Assembly (NCBI RefSeq): GCF_006345805.1
Contig: NC_043000.1
Coordinates: 145,886,001-145,950,000, forward strand
Source of the DNA: Octopus sinensis
Taxonomy: Eukaryota
Length of the DNA: 64,000 nt
Direction: 5' to 3'
How positions within the stretch are numbered: the first letter of the stretch is position 1; each line of letters begins with the position of its first letter. This document shows, in pieces, positions 13,184 to 28,199 of the stretch. The position numbers were made by a program, and so were the translations under genes. The notes below the pieces were generated by a model. That model was given only the letters and a program-made list of their open reading frames with translations. It ran no database searches and was not told where the DNA came from.

Positions 13184-13740
13184 TTTCGATTGTCATTATA
13201 GTTTGAACAATTAGTTTAACGTGCACTTCACTTCAATAGAGAAATCCTTTCCTAAGCCTTTGAACATTCTTTTAATCAACGTACCCCTCCCTCTCTATTT
13301 GTTCTCTATTTATTATTCCGTTAATCCTTCTCTTCCTACTATCTAACTTTGACGTCAATTCTATTAACGGTTTTTTTAAACACTTATTAACATTTTGTTT
13401 ATCATGTAGGCAGTCATCGTAATCATTATATTGTCTTGTTGGTGAGAGAGGCTCCTTTTCTTTCCTGATAAGAAGTTGCATCTTACACCGTTTATTCCTT
13501 TGGAATAAAACCAAGTTGTTTTCGAAACATATGTCGAAAGTAATTTTATTAACATCGTCGTTCAACTCCATTTATTTATTTATTCATATATAACACACAC
13601 ATTTCTGCACATGAACCCGGAGTTTCCATCTTTGGATAGTTCGCTTCAACCGTGTTTCTGACGTGAATTTGCTACCCTGGTATCGGTTCATCGAATTTTC
13701 CATGTTGACGGTAAACATAGAATAATTCATTCACCAATTG

Positions 13741-13812
<72 letters not shown>

Positions 13813-13825
13813 ATGCACGTATGTG

Positions 13826-13865
<40 letters not shown>

Positions 13866-13884
13866 ATATATATATATATATATA

Positions 13885-14158
13885 CGACCGGCTTCTTTCA
13901 GTTTCCGTCTACCAAATCCACTCACAGGTTATAGTAGAAGACGCTTGCCAAGGATGCCACGCAGTTGGACTGAACCCGGAACCATATGGTTGGAAAGCAA
14001 GCTACTTACCACGCAGCCACTCCTGCGCCTATGCATATATACGTTTCTATATTTAAGAGATGAGGAATTACGTACATTATTTATATTATTTACATTTGAC
14101 GGATATTTGTCCTAATCTTGTTTGTTGTTATCACGTTTCGGCTGATATACCCTCCACA
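13885..14158 (-). mobile_element. Partial SINE A plus family E tail
   Basis: Reverse complement of the SINE A head (13885-14033) and of the E tail (14050-14158). Confidence 0.75.
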
Positions 14159-14215
14159 TGCATATATGCGTATTCGCATATGTATAGAGATAAATACATA
14201 AAAAATAGATAGATG

Positions 14216-14272
<57 letters not shown>

Positions 14273-14326
14273 GTAGGTAGATAGATAGCTAGCTAGCTAG
14301 GTAGATATATATATATTAAACAATAG

Positions 14327-14803
<477 letters not shown>

Positions 14804-15844
14804 GCGAAAATACGCAAAGGGGACCCTGCGATACTATGGTTTACATTTTACGAATGCAAGAAGGACGTTTGGATTCCCGTTACTCTTTATTGTAATTACA
14901 TTACTTTTAAATATATTTATGACACTGCAGCTGAATGATTTTCATTCAACACTATTACACTTTATATAGATGCATCAAGCCGACATTGAGCCAAATCCCA
15001 CCATACTCTATTGACAATTACTTTGTGTAAACTGTGGGAATATAATTAACATTGACCAACAGTGAATTAAAATTGTATTATTTCTCCATGCGTCATTCTT
15101 CATTGCGTATAATTGAATTATTATCAGTTCTTCTTCTTGTTTAGGAAACGGCAATGTTATTAAAATTAATTTTTTTAAATTCCATACTTGATTCGTAATC
15201 TGTTTTTATTTCATTTTTCTTTTTCAAATTTCATTATTGTTTTCATAAAAATATTGAATGAATATTTTCATTCCGCTTAGCAAACACACCATATTTTATT
15301 CTGTATCGTATAAAACATTGCAAAAATGTTACCCTATTTAGATAGTAAATGTTACCTTTATGCAGCGTGTTTAACATTATACGCAGTGAAGAATACGCTG
15401 ATTTTTCTCATAATTATAATGGATTTAGTGTGTTATTAGAAGCATATTTATTTCTAATTGAGAAAATTAATTTAAATACCTCTAAGTACACGTTAACTGG
15501 AAGGTGAGGAATATAATGATGTACCTAGACTAGAATTTAATACCGACCACTCTACGGAAGGATTTAGTTTTCAAGTTAGTGAATTGAAAATATGTGTAGA
15601 AACCGAATATAATTCTTTTTCTTTTAAATAAATAACTTAAGTTTACTACAGAAAGAAGACAAGGTAATGTAAAGTATATATAAATCAACTGACATGTGCT
15701 GCATTTTCTGGGGGTTCTTTTTGTCCTTCGATGTTATCAAAGTGTTACGCAACCCGAATGAGGAAACTGTGAGTGTCTTCATGTATATGTATGTATGTAT
15801 ATGTGCATGTATGCATGTATGTATGTATGTACGTATGTATATTA

Positions 15845-16107
15845 TTTACATTTTTTATATTAGACGGATATGTGTCCTCATCTTGTTTGTTGTTACCACA
15901 ACCTTTCTGCTGATTTACTTTCCAGCTTTCATCAGGTGCCCAGGTAGAATTTATTCAAGGTACTGCCTGGAATTGAACTCGGAATCTTGGGGTTAGTAGC
16001 CTGCGCTCTTAACAATTACGTAAAGGTTTTAGAGCGCCGGCTACTGACCCCAAGATTTCGAGTTCAATTCCAGGCATCACTTTGAATTAATTATAATAAT
16101 AATAATG

Positions 16108-16182
<75 letters not shown>

Positions 16183-16184
16183 GA

Positions 16185-16222
<38 letters not shown>

Positions 16223-16405
16223 TATCAGCAAAAATACCTTAGGAATGAGAACGCAGAGCCAGGGTCAAAATTGTACCAGGACACCTGATGAAGGCTGAGG
16301 AGTAAATCAGCCGAAATGTTGTGGTAACAACAAACAAGGTGGGACACATATCCGTCCAATATAAATAGTATAAATAATGCACAGAATTCCTCATCTCTAA
16401 AATAT
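15845..16405. mobile_element. Inverted pair of family E elements (tRNA-like head, (TAA)n, minimal-HHR tail)
   Basis: Minus copy 15845-16020, plus copy 16025-16405; CTGATGA (16285-16291), GGCTG/CAGCC stem, GAAA (16313-16316). Confidence 0.7.
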
Positions 16406-16477
16406 AGAACGTAGGTATGTATGTACATAAATATATATATATATGGGGGTGAGATTGCGTGTATATATGGGTATGTA

Positions 16478-17732
16478 CGAGGGGTATTCATTAAAAATTT
16501 CCTTGACACACTTCCGGGTATTGCAGGAATCGGAACTTCTACAGGTACAATTATCTATGTCTCTACATGCCACGCTGTAAATTTCACCTTTCCACATGTA
16601 TTCCTTTGTTTTTTTACGGCTGCTGAGTGGAATAAGGTATTATAATGGAAGCAGTTGTATTCGTATCAGTAATCAGATTTTTATACTTAAAAGGTCGTAT
16701 ACCAAACAGATTGTCGGTGAGATGAAAGAAGTTTATAGTGATGATACACCATCGTACAACGTAGTCATGCACTGATGTCACCAGTTCACATGTCGTTAGA
16801 TATCAATAGTAAATGCTCCTATTCCTGGACGACCACATTCCGCTATTGACGACGACACCGTCCATAAATTGGAATCCGCCATTTTAGAGGATTGCCGCAC
16901 AAGTATTCCGTAAGTAGCCCAAGTGAAGATAAGTGTATGGTCCGAGGAAATAATCATTCAAGGCCAATAGCGCATGTGGAGGATCACACATTTTCAGAAG
17001 CAGGAACGAGTCTATTGCTCTACGGCTCATTTGGCAACGTGCCAAGAAAATGAGGAGGGAATTTTTTGGCAGACTTACACAAAGAATGAAACATAGGTCT
17101 ATTACTATGATCTAAGACTAAAGTCCAGTTGAATCACTGGAAATATGACAACACCTCTAAATAAAGTTCGTGGCCATTCTAGAGCAGTGAAGCTGACGCT
17201 CACAGTCATTTGTGACCAGCGCTGAGTGATGATGATGGACTTTCTGGCAAAGGGAATTGACAGGGAATATTATACTTAACTGCTGCAGAAACTGCGCGAT
17301 GCCATCAAAGCAGAGAGACGTGGGATGCTGACCTAATATGTCCGCTTCTTTCAAGACAATGCCCCATTTCACAATACGCATGTTGCCCAAATTAAAGCAC
17401 ACACCTGCGGCTATGAAATCCTTCCTCATCCCTCTTACTATCCCGACCTCACACTATCTAATTTCCACTTGTTTCCAACCATGAATCCTTTAATGGCGGG
17501 GAATGACTTTTCTGATGATGATGAATTTATTTCCGAGGTAAAGTCTTGGCTCGAGAAGTAACCTACAGACTTCTAGAGGCGCGGTCTTCACAACTGCATA
17601 AAGCAATGGGTGTAGTGTGTCAAAATTGGTGGTGGCTATGTAGAAAAGGACTACTAATTATGCCATGTTTCATTTCTCCTAGTCCTTTGGAAGCAGATCA
17701 GGGAAAATCTTTCTTGAACCGCCCCTCCCCCG
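16478..17732 (+). mobile_element. Full-length degenerate mariner transposon
   Basis: TA-flanked imperfect TIRs (TACGAGGGGTATTCA... / ...TTGAACCGCCCCTCCCCCGTA); transposase remnants IRFLYLKG, GRPHS, QDNAP and PHPSY. Confidence 0.85.
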
Positions 17733-18467
17733 TATATATATCTCAGTATATATGTAACTGTGTTTCAGACGCTGATGTAGGTGTAAATAATCATACACGT
17801 GGTATAATTTAATCCGAATTTCATTAAATTAACGTAAACGTCTATATAACATTTAAGGTGCCTACCAAATTTAGAACAGTAGATCTAACCTTTTTCTCCT
17901 TTGTCTCCGAGAAATTTCTCATTGAAACTTAAGCGTTACGAAAACAGCAGTGTTCCGCCAGAATCTCATCGTTGTTTCGTCGGTTACGGTTTTCGGCTAT
18001 TATTTATATCCTCGGTGATGTACACCAGTTATTATGAGCAGAGCTGAAGATCATGTGCTCATACTGTTCAATAAAACGTATTTGTAGATGAGTTAGGAAA
18101 TTGTCTGTGATAGAACACATGAAATCAATAAGTGTATGCAACATGTCCGTGACAAAAAAGTAGGGCATAAATAAGCAAGGTTTCCATTTGTATTGGATAA
18201 AAATACTTGCGTCTATAAATATACATATTGCAATATATATATATATGTATACATATACATGCGTATGTGTGTGAGTGTTGGGGGTAAAACTCTACTCATT
18301 TCACTTCTGATATTTATATTTTTGTAAGTCGGATTACTTTATATCCATACACATGTATACTTTTCTATTAAATGTATTTGACATTCTCTCTAAATCGACT
18401 TGCCTAACTTGTTTATCATTACATTTACAACCTTCCCCACACATATATATATATATAAATATTTATT

Positions 18468-18546
<79 letters not shown>

Positions 18547-19586
18547 ATAATATATATATATATATTGGACGTTAGAAGAAAAATCAACAACAAGAGGTTT
18601 TTTTCTTTATGATGCTATCACATAAAACTCTTGAAATACAAGCAAGCTTTATTTGTGATACTTAATACTTAAAATGTCTCTACGTGCTGGTATTGAAGAG
18701 AAACGAAAAACATAAAGACAGGCTTTTGAATTGCATTATTCAATGAATGCGTTTACTTGAATGAGAATTAATAATGTTATTTCAATATAATTAACGTCCA
18801 TAAAGACGCATCCAGCCGAAATTGAGCCAAATTTTACAATTTTCTACTGACAAATAGTTTGTTTAAAGACTGAGAATGTAATTAACATTGACCAACTGTA
18901 AATTAAAATTGCATTATTTTTCCATACGTCATTCATCACTGCGTAACGTAATTATATTCAGTTCAGTTCTGTTCTTTTTCCTGGAATTTCTACGTAATTA
19001 ACATTATTTTTTCATTGAAAATCATTGGATTCTTAATTTTTGCTGCCAAAAAAAAAAAAAAAGACAGAAAATTAAGTGCTTTTATTTGTTCTGCAAACGC
19101 AAAATATTTCTTTTCGTGTTCTGTAGATTTTCCGACTTCAGGTCATGTTTAGTTATTACAGCTTTTATATAATTTTTCGTTTATTTCAGCTTGTAAAATT
19201 TTTTGTAAGATCGTAAGTTGATCTGATCTTGTCTGTATATTACATGAGATGTATTCCTATAGGAATACTAAATACGTACCTTTGCTTATGTACAGTTATA
19301 ATTCATGACAAACATGGAAGAGAATGAATATTACTAATATATATATACATATATATATATATATATTATATATATATATATATAGTATATATATTATATA
19401 AATATATATATATATATTATATATAATATAATACATATATATCTATATATATACACATATATACATATTTATATTTACATATAAGTAATATATATATATA
19501 TATATATATACATATTATACATATATAATCTATATATATAACATATATACATATATATATTACATATAAATAATTATATATATATA

Positions 19587-19634
<48 letters not shown>

Positions 19635-19698
19635 CATATAATATATCTATATATATATATACACATATATACATATATACATATAAATATATATATAT

Positions 19699-19729
<31 letters not shown>

Positions 19730-20384
19730 ATGTATGTACATACATTGTTTATGTTATATAATAGCATCTCTCTTAATTTATATACACACTCACACACATA
19801 CACACACACACACGCACACACACACATATAATATATACTTCTATAGATATTAATATCATTATATGTGTGTGATGTGTGTGTGCGTATATATGTATATATA
19901 TATGTGTATATTTTATATATATAATATAATATATTTATATACAGTAAATACATACATATATATATATATACTATATATATATATATCTTAATGCTATATG
20001 CATCTACGAATGAATGTACGTGCTCGTGTATGGACAGATGAATGGTAGGATGAATAGGTAGATTGGTATAATTTACTTGAATGTTCGTTTGTGTGATGCA
20101 TATATAAGGCAGAATTTAGCATGATTAAAAGATAACAGGACTATGATGACCATAATTGCCGACGTTTACAAATGACGTCATTTCTTGAAACAAATACAGA
20201 TTACCGCATGTTCTAGTATACTGTTATGAATGCCATTGCAACTGCCCGACTTAGAGTTTCACTTGCGCTTCAATCACATTTGATTATACACCCAGATCGG
20301 TTCTAAATACGGTCTCCAGAGTAACATAATTCTTTCGATATATATGTATGTATGTATGTATGTATATATGTATGTATGTATATG

Positions 20385-20418
<34 letters not shown>

Positions 20419-20679
20419 TATACATATTACTAGCCCCCGATCCTTACATTTGCCACTACGCCCTTCTATAACTTATGTAAAAATCAAGAACGATGCACAG
20501 GATGCTACTGGACATGATAACTATCATATTATAAACCCCCACAACGCCACGCTGAAGTCCCTAACAAAGACTAATCTTAACTCCACCTAACATCGGTTAT
20601 AACGGACCTAACATCGGTTCCTCACTAAATAACAAATCCCTCACAAATTCAACCAAAACAGCCGCTACAAAATTATGCA

Positions 20680-21030
20680 GCTGCAGACACCCCAAACTTC
20701 AGTCTTTTATAGAATCGCCGTTTCACAGAACACATCGTTTACGTATGCACAGTATCAGCTGCCATCTGTAAGTACATGTATATCGGTTCGTTCAGCTAGA
20801 GTGAGCAATTTCTGCTCCAGTTTCAAATCCCGACCAAAATCTACAGTACATTTTTATCACTGCTTATCCATTAACTAAAGAATGATTGAACTCTACACAT
20901 TCAAGTGGTCCATAGTCACCCACGCCAAACCATAAAGCGGATATAGCAACTACTGTGATCTCTGTATAGCGGCGTCTTAGGTCTTTTGCAATCCACAGAT
21001 TGTTTTAATGAACCCAGGAGTATACGTTTT
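20680..21030 (+). mobile_element. Penelope-like GIY-YIG relic
   Basis: HIVYVCTV...YMYIGS, SNFCSSFK and FKWSIVTHAKP*SGYSNYCDLC across frameshifts. Confidence 0.65.
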
Positions 21031-21164
21031 ACCTGCAAAGGTCGATCAATAAATATATCCTCTAAATACAATTTACTCTCCTGCATGTTCTTTCCAGGCC
21101 TTCTTAAGAGTGTCTCCCTTATTTACTGTCACTAACACTAGTACCTCGAAATAAAGAGGTCAGA

Positions 21165-22062
21165 TCCTGTACACTATAGATCTCTATTGCAAGCAGACCT
21201 GGACACAATGCACCAGTGGATCATGGACTGGCAACACAAGCTGGCTGTGGACAAATGTACCACCATGCATTTTGGGAGGAGAAACCCAGCGTCCACTTAC
21301 TCCCTCCACAACACTAATCTCAAAAAGTCTTCGTGTGAACATGACATCGGTGTTATTGTCGACAGCGATTTGCGTTGGACAAAACACATCGCTAAAATTA
21401 CCAAGAAGTCTGAGGGTGTCTTGGCATCACTCACCAAGTTCTTTGTGAGCCGCTCTCCGGCTTTCTATCTGCGGCTTTATATAGCTATGGTAAGACCACA
21501 CCTGGAATTTGCATCACCGGTCTGGAACCCTATCTTGCCCAGGATATTAATCGTCTGGAAGCCGTTCAGCGACGTGCAACCAAAAGAGTACCCTCCATCA
21601 GGCATTTGCCATATTCTGAATACCTTACTTCCCTAGGCATGGACACATTGAAACTCCGACGTCTGGCAGCTGACTTGGCAGACACCCATAAAATTATTAA
21701 CCATCTTACAAACAATAACTCTGAGCACCTTTTCAAACTCCACTCGTGGACATATTTACAAAGTCAGAAAACAGCACAGCTCCCATGACTTTAGGAAACA
21801 TTTTTTCACGCTGAGAGTTGCTGAACCATGGAACAAACTGCCGGCATCAGTTGTTGGTTGTCGGAGCTCGGTATCCTTCAAAACGTCCATGCTTCCTGAG
21901 ATTCGCCAACACTTACACCTGATTTTCTCCCCTCCATACACACGCAAGCATGTGTCTGACTCATACAATGTTCGCTTTCCAGACATTTGTACATTACTGC
22001 ATATACTTTATACGCACTTTCTGACAGGTTGTGGTGCACCTGAGCACTGTATGCAATAATTT
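21165..22062 (+). mobile_element. CR1-clade LINE 3' part with (TTA)n tail to about 22224
   Basis: LQADLDTMHQW, DIGVIVDSDL, VRPHLEFASPVWNP and RVAEPWNKLP motifs. Confidence 0.9.
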
Positions 22063-22091
22063 CATTATTATTATTACTATTATTATTATTA

Positions 22092-22146
<55 letters not shown>

Positions 22147-22147
22147 A

Positions 22148-22218
<71 letters not shown>

Positions 22219-22922
22219 CATTATATATTAAGCCACCGATATATTCCTATAATTTTCACTTTAATTCATTATCGTCATTTATATACTTCTCACATTCCTT
22301 ACCATTTATAACGATTTTTCTCTTCTTTTACCTGCCTCCCCAATCCCCTTTATGAACTTACAAGTACATACGCCCACATATACCTCTACTAGTCCACACT
22401 GTAAACACGCTTGCCTCACACCACAATATACATGCCTTAATTGATAGTGAGAAGTAGTCGCTACAATCTTCCCCATTCTCTCTTCATTTCCATTTCTAAT
22501 ACTATTTCATGCATACTATTTTCTCCCCCTTGACCACAAATATTTCCTCACGCTCTTCACTCCACATTATTTTCTTTTTTTCAAATACCACTCTCCTAGC
22601 TAACTTTTGTGATTCGGCCAAAATAGCCCTATTGAATAATACCGGTCAAATGACTTTGCTTGCATTCTTTATTCTTCTCAATCTTTTATGTTTCATTCCC
22701 TTTATTTTCTTTTTTTTTTCATTCCTAATTTCCCTCCACATTTATATTCTCCACTCTTAATGTACCCTCTGCGCATTCTGATCGATTCTTCCATGTATTA
22801 ACAAGTAACTACTTCCGACGGTGTAAACATTCATTCAATCAAGATTCTCTAGGCCTGAAGAGTAGCCTGCGGTATACACCTTGGATACTTAGATTCCGAA
22901 TAAATAAATAAATAAATAAATA

Positions 22923-23018
<96 letters not shown>

Positions 23019-23301
23019 ATATGCATATGGAGCCCCTTGAAACGATCTTACTGCATCACTACTTGATATCCTGTTGCTTATTTTGATTATATATATATAT
23101 GTATGTATGTATGTATAATCATATGAATCACTCATCTACCAAACTGCGGTGAATGCGCGTAATATGTGTGCTATTTATGTAGAGGAGTTTGCGGTAGATA
23201 TATGACTAAGAGATGAAGGAAATAAAAGCAATACTTGTTTGAATGCTGAAGAAGAAAATATCATTACCGACAACAAATACTGTGTTAATACAGTTTTATA
23301 C

Positions 23302-23430
23302 TTAAGAGATGAGGAATTATTTACAATATATTTTCATTATTTACATTTGGAGGGTATATCAGCCGAAACGTTGTGTTACCAAGAGACAGGATGAGGACAA
23401 ATATCCGTCAAATGGAAATTATGGAAATAC
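23302..23430. mobile_element. Family E tail with inverted junction
   Basis: 23302-23349 is the tail end in minus orientation, joined to GAGGGTATATCAGCCGAAACGTTGTGTT in plus orientation. Confidence 0.6.
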
Positions 23431-23647
23431 TGTGTTGTATTTTGTGCGACGTGCATCTCTGTGAGTGTTCAAAACGCCGTACATCAGCTGAGTGTTGATG
23501 GAATGGTTATGTTTCTAACAGAGTAATGTGCTAGAAGGTCGCTATCGGTGAGCATGTGCATGTGGAAGCGTTGTTGCAGGAAATAGCTTGTTTTAACAAG
23601 GTAGATTTTTCAAGTAGTTTTTAAATATTTATCATTAGCATGCATAT

Positions 23648-23810
23648 AGGCGCAGGAGTGGCTGTGTGGTAAGTAGCTTTCTTACCAACCACATGGTTCC
23701 GGGTTTAGTCCGACTGCGTGGCATCTTGGGCGAGTGTCTTCTGCTATAGCCTCGGGCCGACCAATACCTTGTGAGTGGATTTGGTAGACGGAAACTGAAA
23801 GAAGCCTGTC

Positions 23811-23851
<41 letters not shown>

Positions 23852-24080
23852 AGTATGTGTGTGTATATGTTTGTGTGTCTGTGGTTGTCCCCCCACCATC
23901 GCTTGACAACCGATGCTGGTGTGTTTACGTCCCCGTAACTTAGCGGTTCGGCAAAAAGAGATCGATAGAATAAGTACTGGGCTTACAAAGAATAATTCCC
24001 GGGGTCGATATGCTCGACTAAAGGCGGTGCTCCAGCATGGCCGCAGTCAAATGACTGAAACAATTAAAAGAGTAAAAGAG
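23648..24080 (+). mobile_element. SINE family A
   Basis: Colinear with 170-570. Confidence 0.85.
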
Positions 24081-25166
24081 TATGCGTTGAGATGGGGCTC
24101 TGTGGGGTTTCTAATATTACTGGCCCCGAAAATGTAATGAAATAGGAGCTGAAAACAACACAAATTATTCTGGGAATTTGAGCTTCATGTATAACACTTG
24201 TGAAACGCTACACGCCTTATTGAGTATTGTCAGATTCGTAAACACAAACTTTCATACATACACATATGTATGTGTGCCTGCATGTATGCATATATATATT
24301 CATGTGAATATGTATGTCTTAATTTGTCTAAGTATTTGTGCGTTTGAATATTTGTGTCTAAACACATGTGTCGTATGTTAGTGTAAGATTACACGTTCAC
24401 ATACACATACTCTCATTTTCATATACACGCACGCACAGAAAGTGGATTTTGATCCCGTAAATATATAAATAAATTGAGTTTGCTAGATTTTGGTTGCCCT
24501 CTTGAAATTCCATGAACTAAAAATAATGCTTTCATAAATTTTGTGAAAAAGCTTTAAAACCCATCTGTCAGTTTAGAACGGTTTGACATTATAAGCTACA
24601 ATAAAGTTAAAGGGCAATGATGTAAAAGCACGTCAAAATAAAATTTCAACAATAATCATGTTTTCTGTATACTGAAGCTGTGCTTGACATTTCAATTAAT
24701 GTTTTCTTCCTGATTTATTTAAAATGTTTTCAAATACATTTATACATTTCCTTAAAAATAAAATTTACCAATATTGCATCCGCTCTAGTGTGTATGTATA
24801 AGTATTGTTTGGTGTGAGAATAGAAGTATGTACGTGTAACCGCTGTGTAGAGTATGAATACATGTATGTATGAAAATGGAGGAAAGATAAGTTATGTAAG
24901 ACAGCCATTTGTTTAATATGTTCAGGATTTATCCAGCGGTTACTGTTTTTAATGTTATTGTTGTTGCTGAGGATTAACGACAGGCCATTCCCGACAATCC
25001 AGATAAGACAAACTGTCATTTTCCCGGGGGAAATGCACTGAGGCATATCTAAGCAACGGGTCATATTTTCTAAGGCTGCAGAATGTGATTCGAAACATAA
25101 TTTGTTTTTATTTCCAGCAAGCCAGGAGATTGTATATATTGTCCCTATTTGTCTTGGCTAAATATT

Positions 25167-25438
25167 GTTTGTTCCTTCTCGACCAATGCCTGGCTCATAA
25201 GGGCCGTTTTCCGGGTTTCCTTGGCGTATAGGTCCGTCGCAGGTGAGCTGCAAGATGCACGAGGAAAGTGTGAGAGAAAGTTGTGGCGAAAGAGTCAGCA
25301 GAAGTTCACCATTACCTTCTGCTGCGTGGAGCTTAGGTGTTTCGCTCATAAACACACACACCGCCCGGTCTGAAATTCGAATTCGCGCTCCCTCGACCGC
25401 GAGTCCGCTACTCTAACCATTAGGCCATGTGCCACCAC
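25167..25438 (-). mobile_element. SINE family C with 12-bp TSD
   Basis: TGGCTAAATATT at 25155-25166 and 25439-25450. Confidence 0.85.
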
Positions 25439-25630
25439 TGGCTAAATATTAGTATTTAGGTATTGAACTGTGTCTGAAATTGTTTTAGATTTCATCCTAA
25501 TTCAGAAATACGATGATAATGCGAAAGCTGAAGAGTTTGGGGAAATATGGTTTGCATATAATCCTAAAATATATAGTTTGATTAATTGCAATCTAAACTT
25601 TTCAAAGCATGCGATATATATATATATATA

Positions 25631-26025
25631 CTAGCAGTATCGCCCGGCGTTGCTCGAGTTTGTAAGGGAAATAACTATATAAGCATATTTAGAGATGTAA
25701 AGTATAATAGTCCATCTCAATATGGCTAACCACAAAGGGGGGTGTTACTGTAGCTTTTTACGTTCTGAGATTTTATAATAAATTTTTAGAGAGTTACTTC
25801 CTTTATATATGCCAAAAATGCATTAAAAATGGGAAAAATTGATGGTAAATTTTTTTTAATCGTAGACTCATCGTAGACGCGCGCTAATACCCAGAAGGGC
25901 TCGATATAAATCACGACTATAAGATACCCGGTTTTGGTTAAACTGCACCGCAAAATGTGGGAGTAGTTAGGAATCTAAATCGTAGGAGACAGACAGACAC
26001 ACAACCTCACTTTTATATATAAAGA
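25631..26025 (-). mobile_element. Non-autonomous Helitron (395 bp)
   Basis: Minus strand starts A|TC, ends CTAG|T with a GC-rich hairpin-prone segment before CTAG; no TSD. Confidence 0.75.
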
Positions 26026-26044
26026 TATGTGTGTGTGTGTGTAT

Positions 26045-26554
<510 letters not shown>

Positions 26555-26563
26555 CATATATAT

Positions 26564-26594
<31 letters not shown>

Positions 26595-27469
26595 GAGGGC
26601 CAGAACGAACCCTGTTCCAATTTGACGTTATCTAATTTTCTCAAGGATATAAACACAATGAAATCTCTGATTGCTATTATATCTGTAAATTGATGCAATA
26701 TTGAATTATATATGTACAGTAAAGTACACAGTAAAGAATATCCTAAGGCTGTAACAAAGAAAAAAAAATGGCCTTTCCCTTTTACTCGATAATATGCTTC
26801 ATCCTGAAAACTTAATGAAATTCTACAAAACTTAAGTGAGGCGCACACAGGAGAGACGCTCTCATATCGGAACCGGGTCTTTTGCTATACTTCAGTACAA
26901 TAACACGCGTCGAAAGAAAGCTGGATTTAATGAAAAGAATGGTTTGCAGACATTTTACAGCCTCTAGCTTTGAGACTTGTTGTCTGCGTTCCAGCAGTAA
27001 CAATAATACCTTCCTCCTCCTCCTCGTATCTTGCTGGTAATTTTACGCTCCACTCAAGCACTTTTAACCGACTAGTACCCCACCACACACCCACGCATAC
27101 ATTTCAAATCGTATATATATTGCGTCTCTCCCAGGCTTCGCATAAACAACTAATTCCAGTCCTTTTCTCTACAGCGCGTAGTTAGTACTTCTTGATTTCA
27201 GGTTTCAGCGTGCGTCATTTAAGTGACAAGTTAATATTTTGCATATTATCAGGTTTGGAGGATCTGCAAAGGAAAACGTAATACCTAGTCACACGATATT
27301 GATATTTCATGCGTAGTGGGTACAGGTAATTACTACAGTCGACCGTGGATAGCTGATGTATATTTAATGAAAAGATTTAATGTGCTAATTTTATATTAAT
27401 GTTAGACAAAGAGCGTGGTGTCTTTTATAAGCTCTAAACTGTTTACAAACAGTCTATATATATATATAG

Positions 27470-27522
<53 letters not shown>

Positions 27523-27529
27523 TCATTTA

Positions 27530-27835
27530 AATATAGTACACCCCTTCATCCACCATATAGAAAGAATTTTTATTTTAAATACCCACTGTTTTATAACTTG
27601 GCTACACGTGTTTCATGAGGTACATTTCCGGTTCTTAAAATATAACCCAATCATAAAGTGATATAAGGGCCTGATCATTAGGGTTACATTTTAAGAAGAG
27701 TTACAGCAAAACACGGAGTGGTTTAGGAACCGGAAATGTACCTCATGAAACACGTGTAACCAACTTATAAAACAGTAGGTATATAAAAAAAATTTTTTTT
27801 AATATGGTGAGATGAAGGGGCTTACTATCTCTAAA
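27530..27835 (+). mobile_element. Foldback element containing a degenerate HHR
   Basis: Arms at about 27533-27633 and 27727-27832 are inverted; CTGATCA (27671), GAAA (27747), ACACGTGT, A; homologous to 34180-34375. Confidence 0.65.
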
Positions 27836-28199
27836 TGAACATATATATTTCTTCAATCAGAATAATTTGAACCCCTGTTATGCTGGAATTTTTTATGCAT
27901 TTGGGGATGTTTGCATGCATCTATATGGAAGAGTAAATGAATACAACTACATGGTTGCATTTTTGTTTATACAAATGTAAATGTACCTAGACAACGACCA
28001 GTCCGTGAACAATGCTGTGTGAGAAATCGAAACGGCATTCTATAAAACATTTGCAAGGCCTAGAATAGCATCAAAAAAATTTGTATACATACAATCTTGA
28101 TTACTCTCAAGTAAAATTTCAACTGGCACGAAATGCGACCGTTTCCTTACTATTTGACATTTGCCTCTAACTGTAATCTTAACAATAGCATTAATCTCC

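Noticed and set aside
13660-13745. Possible HHR after the PLE GIY-YIG ORF (CTGACGTGA...AATTGAAA)
   Set aside because: The core has an insertion, and stem III and the cleavage site are replaced by (TA)n.
24930-25166. Secreted-protein exon (MFRIYPAVTVFNVIVVAE; KPGDCIYCPY)
   Set aside because: Stops in all frames once the SINE C insertion is removed.
26840-26860. HTGE motif suggesting a C2H2 zinc finger
   Set aside because: No Cys/His spacing around it.
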